This document shows positions 59,310 through 64,000 of a DNA stretch of 64,000 nucleotides, one piece after another. Origin of the DNA: Bacteroidia bacterium (GTDB lineage: Bacteria; Bacteroidota; Bacteroidia; UKL13-3); contig JALONP010000004.1 of assembly GCA_025454875.1 (NCBI GenBank), forward strand, positions 7,484-71,483, written 5' to 3'. A model generated the notes under the pieces. It was given only the letters and a program-made list of their open reading frames with translations. It was not told the origin of the DNA and did not search any database. A program made the position numbers and the translations under genes. Position 1 is the stretch's first letter. Every line of letters begins with the position of its first letter.

Positions 59310-62300
59310 GCAACGATAAGTTGCAAGACGCAGCAGGCCGAACCGAGAACCCTTATGAACAAAAAATGCTATTGGTAGCTGCACCCTTGCGCAAAAGCGT
59401 GCCTGATGGCAGAGCAACATTTATTGTTCCCTCTAATTTGGTAATGAACAATACAGGCGCATTTACACTACAAGTAGATTTTGGTAATGGTGCAGGATAC
59501 AACACAGTTAACGTCAATACACCTATCACCATTAATTATACAACGGCAGGCACCAAAAATTTAGTATTCAAACTTACCCAAAACGGGGTTAACTATTTTG
59601 CCAAAAGCACATTTGAAGTAAAAAACGTATTTTCTTTCAACAATAGTTTTGGCAAAAACTGCCCGGGCATTTGTTTTGATGCTTTGTGGAGCGATGTAAA
59701 TTTTGGTACAGGCAACCCCATAACCACTGCCGAAGCCTATATTATATATGCTAACGGGCGCAGCAACTTGCAAAGGCCGCTTATATTTGTAGAAGGGCAA
59801 GATGTGCAAGATGAATACAATTTTAGAGATTTATACTTGGCATTAAACAATGCGCAACCAGATAATCCTAATGCTCCCCTCAACCAGCTTATAGCCAATG
59901 GATTTGATGTAATTATCCTCAACTTTAGGCGCACAGGTGGGCAAAGTATGCGCACCAATGCGGAGGTATTGCGCAGGCTTATCAACTGGGTAAACCAACA
60001 AAAACAAGGCACCAATCAATTGGTGTTAGGGGGTATTAGCATGGGTGGTGTAGTTGCCCGATATACGCTTGCTAAAATGGAAAATGATTATTGCGAAAAT
60101 CATAATGTAGAAAAATACTTTAGTATAGATGCTCCGCATACTGGGGCTAATATTCCATTGGGTTTGCAAATACTTACGGCAAATGCAAGCGCTTTAAGTT
60201 TGGGGTTATCAGTTGATTTGGCAAGTGCAAGCAACCAATTAACAGCAATATCTACACAAGAGCTGCTAAGTATTTATTCTTATTCTAATGGTACAAAATC
60301 CCCGGCATCATCGTCTTTTTATAACGAACTCAACCATCTGGGCATGCCTCAAAGATGCCGCAATGTAGCATGGAGCAATGGTAATACTTTTAATAATATA
60401 CCGCAATTTGGTAGTATCTCCTTTAATCAAGGTGATCAAATATTAAGCTATCATAAAACTGGTGATGTTACTGTTGATATGGATGTTTTTGCAGTAAACA
60501 CCGCTAGCACTCAAAACACCCTTAATCTCTTTGTTAATATACACAAGGAGATTGCAAACTTTCCTCAGTGGATGAATAATATTGGTATTAATGACATCAT
60601 CTTTGATTGGACACCTATTAACAGTCAATTTCCTTACCAATCAATTAAGCAGTATGATAATTCACCAGGTGGTTATATTTTGACACAAGAAGAGGTTTCA
60701 AACAGTTTAGACGGAAGTACAACTTTTGGTAGAAACCATCATTGTATTGTTCCATCAATGAGCGCCTATGGTGTTGAAACAAACAACTTGATTTTTAATC
60801 AGAATTTTGAATCAATTGAAGCAACACGCTTATCTCCATTTGATGAAGTCTACTCTTCAAGTAATATGATAAATTATAGCCATTTAATATTACCTCCGAA
60901 TTTGGGAACACAAATAGGTCTTGAGATTTTTATAAATAATCCTGCGGAGAATAGTTTCTTAAATATTACCAATGAAACTTACAATATGTCAAGCAACAGT
61001 TATATGAAGCAAATTCCTAATACCAACATTAATACTGGTGGTATTTTAAGAATAAATGCGGCTGTTGCAAGCAACTTTGGTTCTGGTGCTTTACCAATTC
61101 AAGCGTCAACTTTTTCAACCACTATGAATAATTGCGCAACAACATTAAATGTAAACTCAGGCGGTTTGCTGCAAATTGGTGGAGGAACTACATATGGTAT
61201 TGTCACTGTAAGCACAGGAAAATCAATTCGCATCAATAATGGAGGATCGCTCGACATCCGCTGGGGCTCAAAGCTCATACTTGAAGGAGGTTCGCTTATA
61301 GTTGAACAAGGAGCTAATATTAATTTACAAGATTTAGAATCGGTAGTTGAAATACGTGACGGGGGCAAAATTGTAATTGGCAATAATGCTACTTTTACTT
61401 GGACGGGTGCAGGCTACCTAAAGTTTAATACTTCGTATGGCAATTACACTTCAAGTGTAGTTGCATCATCAGGCGGTAATGGCGCATCTTTTCGTCATAG
61501 GGTTTCTGCATTGCCAGGTTCTGGATTTAACAGAAAAGCAATTGAAGTTACCTCCGGTTCAATAAGTATTGATGAAAACCTAGGTCAGTTTTCTTTAATC
61601 GGTGGAACAGTATTAATGGGTTCCAACACCATTGCAGATATTGCCTGCCCAATGTACTTGGGTGGAGTCAAAATCAAATCAATTAACCCAGGTGAAAAGC
61701 ATGGAGGTATTTTTGTATACGGACAGCAAAACACTGCCTACCTTAGTGGTTGTGCCATTGATGATGCAATAATTGGTATTCGTATTTTTGCAACCAGAGG
61801 AAGCGCCACAGTATCCACAATTTACAATTCAAATTTTAACAATTGTGATATTGGCGTGTTGGTCTATGGGAAATCAACAAATATTAACGGAGGCAGTTAT
61901 TTCGGAAATAAAACGGGGATTTACTTATCAGGTAACCAATCCGAAAGTGTAATAAGTAATATTAATGCTTGGGGTAATCGCTCAGCAATTGATGTGGTTG
62001 GTTCAGGTACCGATGTGGTGAGAGTTGAAAAATCAAATATTAGCAATAACAGTGCCGTTGGTGGTTTTATTGTAAATAGTAAAATAAGGCCTTTATGCAG
62101 TGTGTTTAACAACAATTACCCAAGTTCTAATGGTTTAAATGGCGCTAATATTTTACTCAGAGAGTTTGCTTATTTAGATGCCGAACCTTTTGGTGCAAAA
62201 AATGCTGGTAAAAGTTCCCTCACCAGCGATAACGGACACGCGGTTGTATGTGTGGGGGCATCTGGCATCGAACTTAACAATGGTTATTGCGATTATTCAA

Positions 62301-63565
62301 CACCCAATTCTGCTGGATTGGCGTTCAACGGTGAAATGCAAGGGTGGTATTTAAATAATCCGCGCCAAATGGTGCAAGCAAATAATAATAGGTGGAACAG
62401 TGCTGGAACAAGCCCTATCAATTTGGTTGATTATAACTTGGACTACTTTTGGGCCTTTGGTGATATACAAGCTTCTTTACTTATCAATGGATCAAATCCA
62501 TTAACTGTTTCCACCAATATTTCGGGTAATTGTGGTAGTTCACAAACCGGTTGGGGTAATTGGGATAACGGGGATAAGCCTTCTGCTTTACTAAACAAAC
62601 CTACAAGAATATTACAAGATGGTTCATTCTTAGACACTCGTTTTAAAAATGGATTAATGAAGATGTACGCTACAACACCGAACTACCCCGGAGTTATTCA
62701 AGATTTATTGCCAATTTTAACAGAACCCTATAGCTCATCCTCAACAAGTCCTGATGACCAAAGTGATTTAAGTAAGTGGTTTCCTGCAATTGAGCTTGCT
62801 TACCGAACCTCCATGGAAGCACTAGGCAATGGCATAGCGAATGGAAGTATTATCAATGAATCAGATAATCCAACAGGATTAGTTCAAGAGGTAATAGATG
62901 CACAACAAGGATTAATAAGTTATGTAACCGAAACATACACAGCTCAAGACAAAGTATTTCAGTTATCGCTTGACCACGCATTGCTTTACCGCCTTATTCA
63001 CAATTTACCGTTGGCACATGAAAAGGTAATGGCATTAAATGGTATTGCAATCAACGAAAGTCAGACAGCCTTAATCAACTATTATGATTGTTTAATAAGT
63101 AATGAGATGCTATTTAGCAACCAATATAACCCTGCTTCAGCCTTGGCAAGTACTACACTTTGCAGAACTTATATGAATATGGATGAAGGCGAAATAGAAC
63201 CATTTGGGGATCGACCCGAAGATCCAATTTGGGAAGAGGGTATGGGAAAAACGGCAGCAAATGAGTCAATTAAACCTACTACTAATGTTAAATCAAGTTC
63301 CGAAGTTACTAAAACGTTGGTTTCAGCCATAAAGCTCCATCCTAACCCAGCATCGCAGGAGCTTACCATCGCAATGCCATCCGAGTTAAACATTAACAAA
63401 CTCATAATTACGGATATGATTGGAAGAATCGTACATGCTGTTGTGATAGACAAATATGAGTCTAAGATTACGCTTCCAATTGATTGGGAAAATGGAACAT
63501 ACTTGATAACTTTCTTATCTAGTGAGAATATTATAAGCAGGCAAAAAGTGGTTGTATCGAAGTAG
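59306..63565 (+). CDS. T9SS cargo protein body: lipase/esterase-like alpha/beta-hydrolase domain plus right-handed beta-helix repeats plus a type-A T9SS C-terminal domain. It has no signal peptide of its own and is probably fused to 58881..59309.
   Basis: GxSxG 'GGISMGGVVARY' (lipase/PGAP1-like). Pectate-lyase-like beta-helix repeats ('GGSLIVEQGANINL...GGKIVIGNNATF'). C-terminus '...KLHPNPASQELTIAMPSE...GTYLITFLSSENIISRQKVVVSK'. Confidence 0.7.
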   Translation: MSNDKLQDAAGRTENPYEQKMLLVAAPLRKSVPDGRATFIVPSNLVMNNTGAFTLQVDFGNGAGYNTVNVNTPITINYTTAGTKNLVFKLTQNGVNYFAKSTFEVKNVFSFNNSFGKNCPGICFDALWSDVNFGTGNPITTAEAYIIYANGRSNLQRPLIFVEGQDVQDEYNFRDLYLALNNAQPDNPNAPLNQLIANGFDVIILNFRRTGGQSMRTNAEVLRRLINWVNQQKQGTNQLVLGGISMGGVVARYTLAKMENDYCENHNVEKYFSIDAPHTGANIPLGLQILTANASALSLGLSVDLASASNQLTAISTQELLSIYSYSNGTKSPASSSFYNELNHLGMPQRCRNVAWSNGNTFNNIPQFGSISFNQGDQILSYHKTGDVTVDMDVFAVNTASTQNTLNLFVNIHKEIANFPQWMNNIGINDIIFDWTPINSQFPYQSIKQYDNSPGGYILTQEEVSNSLDGSTTFGRNHHCIVPSMSAYGVETNNLIFNQNFESIEATRLSPFDEVYSSSNMINYSHLILPPNLGTQIGLEIFINNPAENSFLNITNETYNMSSNSYMKQIPNTNINTGGILRINAAVASNFGSGALPIQASTFSTTMNNCATTLNVNSGGLLQIGGGTTYGIVTVSTGKSIRINNGGSLDIRWGSKLILEGGSLIVEQGANINLQDLESVVEIRDGGKIVIGNNATFTWTGAGYLKFNTSYGNYTSSVVASSGGNGASFRHRVSALPGSGFNRKAIEVTSGSISIDENLGQFSLIGGTVLMGSNTIADIACPMYLGGVKIKSINPGEKHGGIFVYGQQNTAYLSGCAIDDAIIGIRIFATRGSATVSTIYNSNFNNCDIGVLVYGKSTNINGGSYFGNKTGIYLSGNQSESVISNINAWGNRSAIDVVGSGTDVVRVEKSNISNNSAVGGFIVNSKIRPLCSVFNNNYPSSNGLNGANILLREFAYLDAEPFGAKNAGKSSLTSDNGHAVVCVGASGIELNNGYCDYSTPNSAGLAFNGEMQGWYLNNPRQMVQANNNRWNSAGTSPINLVDYNLDYFWAFGDIQASLLINGSNPLTVSTNISGNCGSSQTGWGNWDNGDKPSALLNKPTRILQDGSFLDTRFKNGLMKMYATTPNYPGVIQDLLPILTEPYSSSSTSPDDQSDLSKWFPAIELAYRTSMEALGNGIANGSIINESDNPTGLVQEVIDAQQGLISYVTETYTAQDKVFQLSLDHALLYRLIHNLPLAHEKVMALNGIAINESQTALINYYDCLISNEMLFSNQYNPASALASTTLCRTYMNMDEGEIEPFGDRPEDPIWEEGMGKTAANESIKPTTNVKSSSEVTKTLVSAIKLHPNPASQELTIAMPSELNINKLIITDMIGRIVHAVVIDKYESKITLPIDWENGTYLITFLSSENIISRQKVVVSK

Positions 63566-63702
63566 CCTTGTTTAACTGACGGCTAATCGTTGAGTCAGTC
63601 AATACCCAGCGATTAGCCGTTTTAATAGTTATAAAGGAAAAAGGTGCCAGTTTACTCGAATGTCTCCACACTTAGAGTGCAAGTACCGTTAACTAGGATT
63701 TA

Positions 63703-64000
63703 TCATACACTATCTTTTTTTCGGTAAGATAACAATACCAAGGCTGCAACAATACAACCAAATGTATCGGCAATCCAATCGGCATAGTCAAAGGTGCGTG
63801 TGGTGGTGAGTTGGCCTTGCAATACTTCGGTAAGCATACCATATGCCGAAGCAGCTAATGCACTGAGCCAAATTACAGTTAAATAGTTGCGTTGAGGATA
63901 CAGTAAATAAGCCTTTGCCAGCAGCCAGGTTTGCACTCCAAACAACAGCGCATGTATTGCTTTATCGTAAGCAAACAAACTTTGCAACGAAAGTGAAGTA
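63703..64000 (-). CDS. VanZ-like family membrane protein, C-terminal part. The ORF stays open to the window edge.
   Basis: 'FAYDKAIHALLFG...DYADWIADTFGCIVAAL' fits the VanZ-like motif arrangement. The frame is open upstream of the listed TTG start. Confidence 0.45.
   Translation of the reverse strand, partial: TSLSLQSLFAYDKAIHALLFGVQTWLLAKAYLLYPQRNYLTVIWLSALAASAYGMLTEVLQGQLTTTRTFDYADWIADTFGCIVAALVLLSYRKKDSV

Overview
Bacteroidota-type chromosomal segment of about 38-40% GC. Three large proteins end in type-A T9SS (Por secretion) C-terminal sorting domains, and SD-poor starts and IPExxxVDY-pyk synteny fit this phylum. Most of the window is housekeeping: a partial tatC, hflX, ftsH, recR, the rimP-nusA-infB operon, rlmB, acpP-fabF-rnc, pyk, fabG and apaG. 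Accessory content worth a second look: (1) a complete cyanophycin locus (cphA, a divergent cphB, and a convergent isoaspartyl dipeptidase); (2) a 7.5-kb gene for a 2512-aa T9SS cargo protein built from about 1.36-kb tandem repeats that encode GEVED-type modules; (3) a GC-rich composite repeat element (a 32-bp tandem array plus a conserved 45-bp tail), present in direct orientation on both sides of a 1390-aa discoidin-domain T9SS cargo gene, with a possible degenerate inverted third copy after pyk; (4) a T9SS lipase-like/beta-helix cargo gene split by a frameshift between its signal-peptide ORF and its 1419-aa body, preceded by two tandem paralogous lipoprotein genes; (5) a sodium:solute symporter, 3-hydroxybutyrate dehydrogenase and alpha/beta-hydrolase operon; (6) a GT2 protein fused to a degenerate WbaP-like sugar-transferase domain next to lpxH-like and GT genes. 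No rRNA, tRNA or CRISPR was found. Domain and family calls come from reading motifs in the translations; no database search was run.
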